Of a DNA stretch of 64,000 nt, positions 31,224 to 45,726 are shown in pieces. The first letter of the stretch is position 1. Every line of letters begins with the position of its first letter. This DNA comes from Octopus vulgaris. Its lineage: Eukaryota. Both the position numbers and the translations under genes were made by a program. The stretch is taken from contig OX597819.1 of assembly GCA_951406725.2 (NCBI GenBank), positions 77,314,001 to 77,378,000 on the forward strand, read 5' to 3'. The notes under the pieces were generated by a model that saw nothing but the letters and a program-made list of their open reading frames with translations, searched no databases and had not been told where the DNA came from.

Positions 31224-31758
31224 CCCTTTAGCATTCAGATTACTCTATCAAATGTAATGCTTATATCTTTAGATGAGGTATTTTTGTGAAACATTGTGAG
31301 GTGTAATCTTAAAGAATGTTGTTGTTTAAAGCCGAAACAATGCAGGAAGGTATAAAGTAAACTACAAAATGAAAAAAACAGAACCCAGCTGCAGTTTTAC
31401 TTTGTATTTCTATACTTCGAGGTGAAGACTCCTTCTTCAGGACATTCGGGAAAGCGGTGGCTGGAAAACTTTTTCCCAACACCGCTTTCCCGAATGTCCT
31501 GAAGAAGAGGACTTCACTCCGAAATATAGAAATACAACCTTGTTCTGTTGGCTTTATACAACTAAATTCTTTAAAGTTATACATTTACATTATTTTGAAT
31601 TACTCATGTATTGTTTTGTAGCTTTGAAATTTCAATGATGTGACTCTTTACTTTAGGTATGGCATTGTAGCGTAGGTGTACGAGGTCAGATCTGGCTAGC
31701 TTGAACGTAAAACAATAAGAATATTAGGGCTGGATGTGGCTGGTTTAAATGCTAAAGG
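31224..31758. mobile_element. piggyBac-like MITE with nested insertion (about 31266-31583)
   Basis: TTAA|CCCTTTAGCATT ... AATGCTAAAGG|TTAG termini. Confidence 0.65.
31402..31537. repeat. Palindrome carrying CTGAAGA...GAA(A/G) hammerhead-like motifs on both arms
   Basis: Arms include a perfect TCTTCAGGACATTCGGGAAAGCGGTG / CACCGCTTTCCCGAATGTCCTGAAGA pair. Confidence 0.7.
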
Positions 31759-32450
31759 TTAGTCATCTACTGTAAGATTGGCTCCTAACTTGGGTATGGC
31801 TCGCTTTACAACCACGTGGTTTGGGACTCAGTCTCACTGTACGGCACGTTGAGCGAGTGTTTTCTACTATGGCCAAAGCCGATAAATGCCTCCTGAATGA
31901 ATTTGGTCGGCAGAAACTGTACGAAAACCCATCGTATACATGTATGTGTGTATATTTGTGCGTGCGTGTGTGTATCTTTGTATTTGCGTATATCCGCTCC
32001 CCTACTTAAAAACCGGTGTTATTTTGTTTACATCCCATAACTTAGTGCTGCGACAAAAAACACAGATAGAATAAATACCAAGCTTTAGAAAAATAAGTAC
32101 TAGGGTCGATTTGTTCGACTAAACCCTTCAAAGTGGTGCCCCAGCATGGCCGCAGTGCAGTGAATGAAGTATTGAAAAGAAATCAGATACAATGATAGGC
32201 CGGAACAGTTAGATCTTCGAACTAAAACTCTTTGCGATTTTATTTCAGTTTTTAGCATGCTAATTTCAAATCCTGCCGAGGTCAACCACAATTTTTAATC
32301 CTTCCGGGTTACTAGATTGAAAGAACCGTTAAGGCGATGGACAAAATGCTTTGAGGCGTTTATACAGGCTCTTTCACATTCTGAGCTTAAACACTCTGTG
32401 AAATTCGAACCCAGAATAACTCTGAACAACGCCAACTAAACTACAAAGAC

Positions 32451-32475
32451 AACAGGAAGTGAAATTCCCGGAAGT
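32451..32475 (+). promoter_or_regulatory. Paired ETS consensus sites (CAGGAAGT, CCGGAAGT) in a SERT intron, putative
   Basis: AACAGGAAGTGAAATTCCCGGAAGT, about 1.6 kb downstream of the TM1 exon in apparently non-repetitive sequence. Motif match only. Confidence 0.3.
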
Positions 32476-33189
32476 TGTGAAGATTGCTGGGTAGTCTATC
32501 AAGGACGCCTAGGGCTTGACAGGTACAGCAGAAGTAAGGTAATACCAATACCAGGAGCTGATAATGGAAGTCGTGTAAAAGAGAGCTTGCTTGCTACATA
32601 CAGATAGTGGATATAGAAGGATCATTTTTCTACGGTCGATGAACTAAAGTAACAGCTAACTACTTACCCACGCAAAAAGAAAACGTTGCATTGCACATAT
32701 CTTAGAAATTATCGTTAAAGCAAAACGTGCTCCGGGTTTGTTTGTTTCTGTTTTGTTTTTTTGCATCCTTATTTCAAATTCTGACGAAGTCAACTTTACG
32801 TTTTATCCTTCTATGGTTCTGGGGTCGATAAAATAAAGTACTATTCAAGTATTGTGGATCGGTTTGAAATCTGAGCACCTTGTTTCAATTCTGTTCAAAT
32901 TATGACTCCGGCATCAATACAAGCATTTTGTCCGGCCCCGTACGCCACCGTTTTCTACCAATTCACTGCCCTCTAACGAAAGCAAATTTAAATTTCAAGG
33001 AAGGGTTTAGATAATATCTTCAATCCCCGTGCTCAACTTGTAATTCATTTTATTGAATTCAGGGGGATGAAAAGCAAATTTGATCTCGGCAGGATTTGAA
33101 CTCAGAAAGTAAATACCACGGGACATTTTTTTGTCCGATACTCTAGCAATAGGACTAGTATAATAATTCTTTCTATTATAGGCACAGTG

Positions 33190-33492
33190 GAGGCACATGG
33201 CCTATTGGTTAGAGCAGCGGACTCGCGGTCGAAGGATCGCGGGTTAGAATCTCAGACCGGGCGATGTGTGTGTTTATGAGCGAAACACCTAAGTTCCACG
33301 CGGCTCCGGCAGAAGGTAATGGCGAACTTCTGCTGACTCTTTCGACACAACTTTCTCTCACTCTTTCCTCCTGCATCTTGCAGCTCACCTACGACGGACC
33401 GGCGTCCCGTCCAGGTGAGGAACATATACGCCAATGAAACCGGGAAACAGGCCCTTATGAGCAAGGCATGGCTCAAGAAGGAACAAACAACA
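33190..33492 (+). mobile_element. tRNA-derived SINE family D
   Basis: GGCACATGGCCTATTGGTTAGAGCAGCGG...GGTTAGAATCTC head, ACAA tail. Related copies at about 16305-16570 and 55895-56145 (minus). Confidence 0.75.
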
Positions 33493-34085
33493 TTATAGGC
33501 ACAAGGCCTACAATTTGGAGGGAGGGATAAATCGATTACATCGACACCAGTTTATCAATCCCGAAAGGACGAAAGGTAAAGTCGACCTCGGCGGAATTTG
33601 AACTCAGAACGTAAAGATGGACGAAATACCGCTAAGCATTTTGCCTGGCGTGTTAACGATCCCCCCCCCCAGCTCGCCGGAATAATAATGACAACTATTA
33701 TTATCAACAGTACAAAGTCGGCCCCACCAAATTTACGAGGGGACTGGGGAAAGTTGTAGCAGTTGGAATCGATTTAGCCGTATATTACTGGTAGTCCCTT
33801 TTCTTTTTCTCTTTTTTTTTTTTGACTCGGAAGAGTATGATCTCAATGAAAATGACGATGACGACCACGATAATAAGGACGAAGAAGACGCAGGAGAAGG
33901 AGATGATGAAAGAGGAAGAGAATGTAGTAAGACTAGAAAACAGTAAGAACAGTAAAAACAGAAAAAGAATTTAAAAAAGAAACAGCAGTTAGAGTAAGTT
34001 GTATTTTTTGTCTTGTTTTTTTGTTTTTTTTTATAATTTTGTTGTTAATAAGTAAAACGAAAAAGATAATGAATTAATAGATTTA

Positions 34086-34373
<288 letters not shown>

Positions 34374-34852
34374 CTAGGTGAAGGAGTGGGATGAGGAGGA
34401 ACGGGTTGTTTTTCAAAAGACAGATACTTTAAGAACACGAACTACAAACAACAACGAAACGTACCAACACCACCACCAGTACCACCACTACTAATAACAA
34501 CAACAATAACAAGAATAACGATGGAGGTAACAAGTTATTTTTAAAATGAAATTGAAAAAAAAAATTAAAGGAAAAAAAATTATAATTGTTAGTTTAAATA
34601 ATAATTTCTTTTAAGCTCCTTTTATGCTCCTTAATTGCTTTGTTTTTTAATTAACTCAGTTTGGGGCCGTTTTAAATTCAATAAGGGGATACGATGGCCA
34701 CACATTTAACCAAGAGAGAGAGAGTGAAAGCAAGGAGAGGGGGGAAAGTGCACGAATGATTCGCTTATTGTGCTATTTTTTTTAAACTAATATTTATAAC
34801 ATATCAAATAATAACAGTATCAAAATCAAAATATCATGAATATCTAATAATG

Positions 34853-34893
<41 letters not shown>

Positions 34894-35754
34894 AGTCTTG
34901 ACAATGGTAAAAAAAATAACTTAGCAAAATTAATTAATCGAAGAATGTAGTCAATGACAAACTTATCATAGTAATATTTATGTTGTTATTATTATTAATA
35001 TTATTATTAAAGATATATATATTAATGGTGATGACTGGTATAATTCTTGACTTAGAATATAAAATAATATAAAATATTGAGAGATATTTGAAGAATATTG
35101 GAGAATAAAAATAAGGAAAAAAAGACAGTGGGTGGGGTTAAAATTTAGCGGCGAAAGTCAAAATTTTAAAAGTTAGTCTTATTTTGAATTCATCTGTGTG
35201 GGCATGTATGTATGTATATATACGCAGGTATGTGTGTGTATGTGTGCATATATATATATATATATGTAATATAGTATTATATAATATAATATAATGTAGT
35301 ATTATATGGTATAGGGTAACAACAGTTAAAATAAGGGGTGAGGAGACAGAAACAAATACAAAAATTAAAAGTTAATATGCACAAAAATACCGAAAAAAAA
35401 ATCAGCGACGAAACAGAGAAAGAGAGAGACAGACGGACAGAGAGATAGAGAGGGAGAGGATACAAATGGAAAATTAATTAGTTAGGAAGAAAGGTGTATG
35501 TACCGCGAATGATAATAAAACAAAAAAAAAACAAATTTGTTTAAGGCCTGTTTCTGAGTTCTGATATGCGCATCGAATTTGTACAGTTTGCTATATAGAT
35601 GCAGAGCTTGTTGCACGACAAAATGTGTATAGTTTACACAAAGATGCAAGTTGTCATCGGAAAGCGACAGTGTAGGGGCAGTCCCGTCAGATCTAAGCAG
35701 AAGAATCTCAAAAACTAATCTTTGTCCGTAGCTATAGCAGTTGTTTTTCTGTTA

Positions 35755-35985
35755 GTTTTGCTGCTGCTGCTGCTGCTGCTCTCGTTGCTGCTGTTGTTGT
35801 TGCTGCTGCTGTCGTTGCTGGTTGTTCCTGCTGATATATAGTTTAATGTCGGATATATATTTGTCAATGATGATGATGATGATGACGATGATGGTGATGG
35901 TGATGATAATGATGATGTTTCTTTTCGCTACAGCTGTTGTTGCTGTTGGGTTCCTGCTGATGTATTTTAAATTGATGCTGCTGTT

Positions 35986-36016
<31 letters not shown>

Positions 36017-36405
36017 ATGATGATGACGTCAAAGATGCCGTCACTGTTAATGTTGCTGATATTGCTGCTGGCTGGTGATGCTGAGATATATTCCTGCTGA
36101 TATCGCCGCTGATATTGCTGCTGTTGCTGCTGTCCAGCTGATATTGTTGTTACTGCTGTTAGCGCTGCTGCTGCTGCTGCTGTGATATTGTTGTCAGTAC
36201 CTGTTATTTACTGCTGCAGTTGCTGTTGCTGTCACTTTCGGAAAGTTAATGATGACTGCTGCTGCTGTTGTTGATGTTGCTGCTGTTCTTGTGACATGTG
36301 GTCTTGCTGCTGTTCTTGTGACATGTGGTCTTGCTGCTGTCGCTGCTGCTGCTGCTGTTGCTGCTTCTCCGGCTACGGCTAACCCGGGGCGCAATCGCCA
36401 TCATC

Positions 36406-36437
<32 letters not shown>

Positions 36438-36445
36438 CACACCAC
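35755..36445. repeat. Compound trinucleotide tract (CTG/GAT/CAC/CAA)
   Basis: Mixed (GCT)n, (GAT)n, (CAC)n and (CAA)n, with a 27-bp tandem duplication containing GTTCTTGTGACATGTGGTCTTGCTGCT. Confidence 0.85.
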
Positions 36446-36450
36446 CGACA

Positions 36451-36850
36451 CCTTACTCTTTTACTCTTTTACTTGTTTCAGTCATTTGACTGCGGCCATG
36501 CTGGAGCACCGCCTTTAGTCGAGTACATCGACCCTAGAACTTATTCTTTGTAAGCCTAGTCACTTTTGCCGAACCGCTAAGTTACGGGGATGTAAACACA
36601 CTAGCATCGGTTATCAAGCGATGTTGGGGGGACAAACACAGACACACAAACATACATATACATATATATATATATATATATATACGACAGGTTTCTTTCA
36701 GTTTCTGTCTACCAAATCCACTCACGAGGCTTTGGTCGGCCCGAGGCTATAGTAGAAGACGCTTGCCCTAGGTGCCACGCAGTGGGACTGAACCCGGAAC
36801 CATGTGGTTGGTAAGCAAGCTACTTACCACCACACAGCCACTCCTGCGCC
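36451..36850 (-). mobile_element. SINE family A, full length
   Basis: Reverse complement of 54433-54870, with (TACTCTTT)n tail. Confidence 0.85.
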
Positions 36851-36900
36851 TTAGTGAAAAAAGAAACGATGACCGCAACGACAACGACAATGATGATGAC

Positions 36901-36942
<42 letters not shown>

Positions 36943-37224
36943 ATTAATGAAGACGACGACGATGACGACGTCGATGATGCTGACGATAACGATGATGACG
37001 ATGCACTTGTACTGTCTTAAACGAATATTTCTCCTCTCATTCTTCGTGGGGTTGTTATTGCTGTTTGTTAATTCTCGTTTTGCTGATTTTTTTTTTTGTT
37101 TGTTCGTTTTTGTTTTTTTGTTTTTTGTTTGTTATTTTCTTAGCCACTACGAAGACCCTTAATCGAGCAGAATTAACTATGAAAAAGTTATTCCAGCCGA
37201 AACCATCCCGTCATTTCTCTCTCT

Positions 37225-37270
<46 letters not shown>

Positions 37271-37724
37271 ACCTCTCTCTCTTTACCTCTCTCTCTTTAC
37301 CTCTCTCTCTTTCCCTCTCTCTGGATACGGGACATCCGAGGGAAATTAGAAATTTGCAGGTCCGGAAAGGGATGGTGTCCTCCGAAAGTTCAGGCAAAGT
37401 GTAAGATTTATTTATCTATTTATTTATTTATTCATTTATTTCATTTATTTATTTAGTTAGTTAATTAGTTAAGTTTAGAGAGATAGGCTCGGCAGATAAT
37501 TAATCAAGGGACCCAGAAACCGATGTTGCTGGCGGGACCCTGCCTTTACAGGCTTCGCTTGCTGAGAATCTAAGGCCCACAGCACTGTGATATTTACGTT
37601 CTCTCTATGTGTTCTTATTTAAGAGTGGGATGTGATTTTTTTTTAGTGAAGTTTGACTGCTGTTTCTAGCATATAGAGCAACCATCTACAGGCAATTGTC
37701 AAATAGTTCGGCCGTTTTGCAAGC

Positions 37725-37798
<74 letters not shown>

Positions 37799-37927
37799 TC
37801 CTTTCTTTCTTTTCCTTTTTTCCGCCATTCCGATGTTATTCCACTTCCACTTAGCTCTTTGCGATTGTTATTGTTGTTACAGACGACGACGAAAATGATG
37901 ATTATGATGATGGAGATAGTGATGATG

Positions 37928-38160
37928 GGTACTACTTAAGAAGAGTGGTCCCGGTGCGCGCATTCGCGCATCCGCGCTAGCTAGTCGATCCTACCACGAC
38001 CACCTAGCAAAGTAAATAAAACACAAAATAAATAATTTTTTTACACAAAGTAAATAAAACACAAAAACACAAAGTAAGGATCGACTAGTCACGACTAGCT
38101 AGCGCGAGTGCACGAGTACGCCGAGTGCGCGCACCGGGACCACTCTTCTTAAGTAGTACC
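37928..38160. mobile_element. MITE with 35-bp perfect TIR and 9-bp TSD (Merlin- or Mutator-like)
   Basis: TIR GGTACTACTTAAGAAGAGTGGTCCCGGTGCGCGCA; GTGATGATG at 37919-37927 and 38161-38169. Confidence 0.88.
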
Positions 38161-39113
38161 GTGATGATGATGATGACGATCCTACTGCTGCTGCTGCTAT
38201 TGTTAATGATAATGAGCTTGCTTATTAGTATTACAGTTAATATTGTTTGTTGTGGTTGATCTTGTTCTTGTTGTTGCTGCTACTGCTGTTGTTGTTATGT
38301 TTGTATTTCTGTCTCACTTTTCGCGCCTCTTGAAATCATCAAGCTGTTCTTTTTTTTTTTTTTTTTGATGTTTGTTTGTTATAGTGGATGTCGCTCTTAT
38401 TGCTGTTGTTAAAAACAGCGATGGCCGTGTAAACTTAATCTATAACTAATGTCGTTTCAGTGAGGTATACATGTGTGTGTGTGTGTGTGTGTGCATGTAG
38501 CTGTGTGGTAAGAAGCTAACTTTTCAAGCATGTGATTCAAGGTTCAGTCCCACTTCGTGGGACCTTGCGCAAGAGTCTTCTGCTGTAGCCTCGGACCGAC
38601 CAAAGCCTTCTTCTGAGTGGATTTGATAGACGGAAACTGAAAGACCGTCGTATATATACATGTGTTTTTGTGTGTGTGTGTGTGTGTGTGTTTGCCACCC
38701 CATATGTGCTTGACGACCGGTGTTGGTGTGTTTGCGTCCCCGTGACTTAGCTGCTCGGCAAAGGCACACACACACACGCACATATATATATGTATTGGCG
38801 GTAAGAAGCTTGCATCCCAACCACATGGTTCCGAGCAAGTGTCTTCTACTATAGCCTCGGGCAGACCAAAGCCTTGTGAGTGGATTTGGTAGACGGAAAC
38901 TGAAAGAAGCCCATCGTATACATACATATATATATATATATTTGTGTATTTGTGTTTGTGTCTGTGCCTCTCCCCTACCTCGCTTGACAACCGATGATGA
39001 TGTGTTTACGTCCCCGTAAATAGCGGTTCGGCAAAAGAGACCGATAGAATAAGTACTAGGCTTACAAAATAAGTCCTGGGGTCGACAAAAGGCGATGACT
39101 GAAACAAATAAAA

Positions 39114-39165
<52 letters not shown>

Positions 39166-39808
39166 GACGGGCTTCTTCCACTTTACGTCTACCAAATACA
39201 CTCACAAAGCTTTTGTTGGTCCCAGGCTGTAGTAGAAGACACTTGCCCAAGGTGCCTCTCAGTGGGACTGAACCCCGAACCATGTGGTTGGGAAGCAAGA
39301 TTTATAACACACAACCACGCCTATTTTGTTTTCATGTTCACTTATAACCCTTTCTAATCTAGGTACAAGGCCTGAAATTTAGGAAAGGGGCCAGTCGATT
39401 ACATCGACCCTAGTACGCAACTGGTACTTAATTTATCGACCCTGAAAAGGTGAAAAGCAAAGTCGACCTCAACGGAATTTGAACTCAGAACGTAGCGGTA
39501 TGTTCACTTATAGTAAAAACAAATTTACATTAATCTGAAGGGTCACTCTGTAGTTTTGTCAAATAGAAATTTATTATTCTTATACAAGAATGCTGTTGAT
39601 AGTGACTTCGAAGTTTCTACCAACTGTTTGTATGTATGTATAAACGTAAACACACATATACATATAAATACACACATATATACACGCAATTGTGTTTATG
39701 TACATACATGCGCACATAGATATATACATACATATACGTACATGCATATATATGCTTATACGTATGCCACACATATACATATATGTATGTATGTGTGCGT
39801 GTGCGTGC

Positions 39809-39840
<32 letters not shown>

Positions 39841-40949
39841 ACGTGTATTATCTAACGTTTATGAATTTGTTTTGCAAGGTTCCTGATGAGAAATCGTCTG
39901 TTGAAACAGATAGTTATATTTCGGTATGATAATTTATTTATTTCCAAATAAACACACGCACAATATATTCGCTCTTCACTCGTTTATTAATGTTCTTACT
40001 TTATCTTATGTCCATTGTGTAAATAGAACAGGAGGAGACACGTGGGATGGAAGAGTTACTGGAGAGGTCACAGGTGTGTGACGATAGATTTTCAGACAAT
40101 GAGCATAGGGTAAAATAAGGACAATAATAAAAGAGTGAAGAACAAATATATAGGGTGTGTGCAAGAAAAAAAATTATCCCGAAATATAACAATACATTAT
40201 CTAATATTTCCTACTTTTTTTAAGACAGTGATTTAAGAGGTATTTTGTCGCTATTTCTAGAAATTCTTCCGACTAAGTAGAAGCCATTATTGTTTCTTTT
40301 GTATTTTTGGTCTGTGTTATTTTATTTTATTTTATTCATATTATGTATTGTTGTTTGTTGATAATGATGGTCAAAAAATACAAATTGTTCCTAATATATA
40401 TACAAGTCCTGAATTTATGCTGATCCCTCATCGATCCCAGAAGTTCCATCTTAAAACATAGGCACGCTGGGCAGTTGCCCCGGGCACTCCATAAATCGGG
40501 GAGTCTAGTTCTGATCTATGTATGTTGCGGCTTGCCGTCAATGAATAAATATTATAGGACCCAGTGCATTGAGGTACCTGAGGACATATATCGTCGCGAA
40601 AACTGAATCATAATACTTTATCAAAGACGAAGGATTTGAACTGAGAAAGTGAAGTGTCGGAAGAAAAACTTCGAAGTTTTTTTCCCGACGTTCTAAGAGC
40701 TCTGCTAATGCATTGCCTATATCACGTATCTACACCAAGCGTCAAAAGTGAACCACAACACCAAAGTGACTCCAAAATAATTGTTTCTAATATAGGTACA
40801 AGGCCTGAAATTTGAAAGGAAGCGTAAGTCGATTAAATTTACCCTTGTATTTGGTTGGTATTGTATTTTATTACCCCCGGAAAGAAGAAAAGCAAAATTG
40901 ATTTAGACACAAAACCTAAAGAGTCAAATAATAATAATAATAATAATAA

Positions 40950-41535
40950 TGCCCTGATGCAGTACTATGCAGTGGTTCTGCCTTGATGCAGTACCAGGCA
41001 GTGGCTTTCGTGGCTTCTGATCTTAACTGATTGGAAGTGTTATTATGTATATTTTGTCTTGGTATAAAAGATGGGCTACACCAAATATTCTGCTCAATAC
41101 CACAGATTTGCTTGTCAGTTGTTTGACCTTAACCAGTTGAGCATGTCCCTTAGTGGCTGACGATATGTGCATCTCTGATCAAGTGCAGAAGTAGTGGGGG
41201 AGCATCATAGCCATGTATTGAGAGGGATTCTTTCTGGTTTGAATAATTCACCTCTGAAAACATGGGTGTTTCGTTCAACATCCTTAAACAACCCTTATTC
41301 AGGGACCCTTTGAGCAGGATGGGTTACTCGACCAGAAGAAAATTCTAACTGGGCCCCACCTGCCAGGTCATGTGCTATTTATCTTGATATGAGATCACCA
41401 TGTCGCGCACATATGATTGTGATGCATGTGCCTGGTGTACCCTTATCAGACGGATAGTCATGATGGGTATACTGGGCTTCGTATATTTTACCCCAGTGTC
41501 ACTTTGATGGCATGCACTGATCTCTCACTCAACAA
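40950..41535. mobile_element. Interspersed repeat inserted in (TAA)n, unclassified
   Basis: (AAT)n on both sides; partial second copy at about 52620-52790. Confidence 0.5.
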
Positions 41536-42189
41536 TAATAATGCTTTCATATTTTGGCACAAGGCCAGCCTGTTCGAAGGAAAGAGTAAGTCGATAACAT
41601 TGACTCCAGTGTTCTACTTGCACTTATTTTATCGACGCTGAAAGGATAAAAGGCAAAGTTGGCCTCGGCGGAATTTGAACTCAGAACGAAAAGACGAACG
41701 AAATGCCGCAAAGTATTTATTTCTTTATTGCCCACAAGGGAGGGGGATAAACATTGAGGGGACAAACAAGGACAGACAAAAGGATTAAGTCGATTACATC
41801 GACCCCAGTACGCAACTGGTACTTAGTTAATCGACCCCGAAAGGATGAAAGGCAAAGTAGACCTCGGCGGAATTTGAACTCAGAACGTAACAGCAGACGA
41901 AATATCGCAAAGACTTTTGTTCGCCGTGCAAACAATTCTGCCAGCCCGCAGCCTTAATAATAATAATAATAATAATAAAATGATGATGATGAAAAGGAGG
42001 AGACGGAGGATTTCTTTATTGACCATAAAGAAAAGCATTAAGGACGGCGCAGGACAAAACATTGGGTGCGTATGTGTGCGTGCGTGTGTGTTGTGAGGGT
42101 TTGCGTGTAAACTGGTTAAATAAGATAAAAGGAGTAGTGATAAAATCTTAACAATGAGTATCTTCAGTATGTGGTAGACGTTCGAGAGC

Positions 42190-42575
42190 TGCTCATGGAG
42201 AAACCCTTTAAAGGCACGGGTACACTTGACTTCTAGGACAGGGGCCTTTCTCAGCTCTCTATCTCCGATTTAAAGGTGTATGCTCAGAGCAGGCCAATGC
42301 ACTCGCACCCTGCTAGCCACTCTCATCCACCTTTCAACAAAACGAACGGAAGACAACACTTACCTCCTCATCTGTGTTTTCTTCTTCAAGTGATGAGGAT
42401 TGACCTAAGAGGAACATTTTTTCTTCAGCTTTTTTCAGTTGCGTCCACCATACAACCTATTTTGCCATGTCCAACAGGCATATAAAACTGCCTGCTCTTT
42501 CCGGTTAAAAGAAGGCGGCGGGGCAACCTTCACAGTGGATTCAGTTGATAGCCAGATCCGTCTCACACAGTCCAA
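42190..42575 (-). mobile_element. L1/Tx1-like 3' fragment
   Basis: RIWLSTESTVKVAPPPSFNRKEQAV resembles RIRLSAESIVKIIPPPSFGREGQAI near 18850-18930. Confidence 0.6.
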
Positions 42576-42964
42576 CAACAGCCACTGCAATAATAAAAAT
42601 AATAAAATAGATTTCAAATTTTGGCTCAAGGTCAGTAATTGAATGACTGGAGCAAGCCGATTATATCGTCCCCAGTAATCAACTGGTACTTATTTTTATC
42701 GATCTCGAAAGAATGGTAAGCAAAGTCGACTTCGGCAACATTTGAACTCAGAAAGTGAAGAAGGAAATGTCGCTAAGCATTTTCCTCTGTCAGATCGGCG
42801 CCTCAATAATAATAATTCTTTCTACTATAGGCACAGGCCATGGATTTTTAGGAAGGGGCTAGTCGATTACATGGACCCCAGGGCTCAGCTGGTACTTATT
42901 TTATCGACTCCGAAAAGATGAAATGGAAAGTCGACTTCGGATGCATTTGAACATATAATAATAA

Positions 42965-43720
42965 TAATCTTTTCTTTATTGGTCATAAGGGCCGGACACA
43001 AAACAAAAAGGGACACTGCAAGACAAGAGACAAATTGTCTGGTACAAAAGTACGTGTTTACAACAAAAACAATAACAACAAAATGTAAACAATAAAATTC
43101 CCCAAAATCAGTGAGTTCCACCCTGGGGCATCCAAGGAAACCCACACATCCTGTCACCCTGATCCCAAGGACACCCCAGGCAGGCACTTCTCTTTTTCTC
43201 ATCCCCTCCGACCAACAGGTGTATGTTCAGAATATGCCCATTTACACGGGCCATCTTCGCCACATTCACCCACCCTTCAATACTAGACGGACAGCACTTC
43301 CCTCTCCACCCTCACTTTCCTTTTCAAGTAGAACATGAAAATACCGATGATAGCTTGGCCGAAGAGGAAAATACCTGCGTTCAGCAGAGCTACGGGCCTG
43401 AAATTATCTATTTGATCCCCTTTTGGGGGGTATTTTCTCGGCAGCACCACCACGCCATGGTCCACAGCACTAGGAATTCTCCCGTTCTGCTGCCAGTTGC
43501 GGTAGAGATCAGCCAAGAGATCACTGAACAAGTCTGGCATATGAAAATAAAACTCGAAAAGCAGACCATCCAGCCCCGAAGACGTCTCCCTTGTGCACCT
43601 AGTCATCGAGTCCCGTATGTCTGGTTGTTATCGGTATTTTGCTGGACACTGCATCCCTGGCCGAAAGGCACGGCATGCAATAAAGAACAATAAAATAACA
43701 AGACCATCTTCCCCCATTGC
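42965..43720 (-). mobile_element. Internally deleted L1/Tx1-like fragment
   Basis: GLDGLLFEFY...GRIP...NFRPVALLN is fused directly to the C-terminal KRKVRVEREVLS, similar to 18881-19162. Confidence 0.7.
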
Positions 43721-44063
43721 AAAAAAACATAATAGATGTGGAAAACCACTGAAGGCAATGAAGAACATCATCTCCTACGAACCTTTCTCCAAAACACATA
43801 CACAAATCCACAAACGGAATTGCTCGGGTCATCAGGCTTAGTGAATCAAATAGCAGGAATTAGCCACCTAATTCTTTCTTTTACCATTCTGTCGACGTAT
43901 TTGAGAAAAAGACGCAGTAAATAATGTAGTCCTAGATACACATTAAAAAATGAGCTACGGAATATCGTGTTGGAATATCTTTGACCCGTTTAACACCGGA
44001 ATATCTTTACCCGGTGTTAAACAGCAACAACAATAATCTTTCATAAAATATATTAGAAGACAA

Positions 44064-44113
<50 letters not shown>

Positions 44114-44617
44114 TCTCTCTCTCTTCAAGTGGTATATAAAGTTGATGAGGGCAATAATAATAATTTCTAATTTTGGCAGAAGGATGCAGATTTTTAAGTG
44201 AGGCGATGATCGTTCATAGCCTCTTGATTTTATCCATACCGGAAAAGTGAACAATAAAGTCGACCTTGACGGAACATGACCAAAAATAGTCTGCTATGCA
44301 TTCTTTTTCAATGCTCATTGCTCTTGATGTCTTTATTATTCTAAACACCAGCCAAAAGCAGATTATCCTCCTTCAGTTTCTGCTTTGTCATATATTTATC
44401 TTTTATCATAATTTGTTTCAGTCACTGGACTGCGGCCATGCTGAAGCATCGCTTTCAAGGATTTAATCGAATAAACCGACCTCAATAGTTATTTTTAAGA
44501 TCGCTACTTATTTTATCGTGCTGTTTTGGTGACCGGCTAAGTTACAGGGACGTAAACAAACCGACGTTGTCAAGTAGTGGAGGAAGCAAATGCAAACACG
44601 CACGCGCACACACACAC

Positions 44618-44675
<58 letters not shown>

Positions 44676-44846
44676 AAAGCATGGTGCGGTAAGAATTTTA
44701 CTTCCCAACCACATGATTCCGGTTTCAGTGTCACTCTGCGGCATTTTGGGTAAGTGCCTTCAATTAAAGCCCTGGGTCGACTGAGGCCTTGTGAATGACT
44801 CTAGTGGACGAAAACTGAAAGAATCTCCTTCCATGTACATTCATAC

Positions 44847-45631
<785 letters not shown>

Positions 45632-45681
45632 CTCTCACTTTCTCTCTCACTCATTCATGCACGCTTTCTCGGTGTGTGTGT

Positions 45682-45726
<45 letters not shown>

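Noticed and set aside
36194-36518. PolyQ/polyA/polyH ORFs as the SERT N-terminus
   Set aside because: Interrupted by stops, with no splice donor linking them in frame to the TM1 exon.
37361-37401. Possible short plus-strand exon (ttgcag|...|gtaaga)
   Set aside because: Splice-like motifs only; no partner exons or recognisable peptide.
39882-39915. CTGATGAGAAATCGTCTGTTGAAACAGATAGTT hammerhead-like string
   Set aside because: Stem II and stem I do not pair convincingly.
43988-44022. 12-bp perfect hairpin GTTTAACACCGG...CCGGTGTTAAAC
   Set aside because: Isolated, with no TSD or ribozyme core; probably a local inversion in repeat debris.
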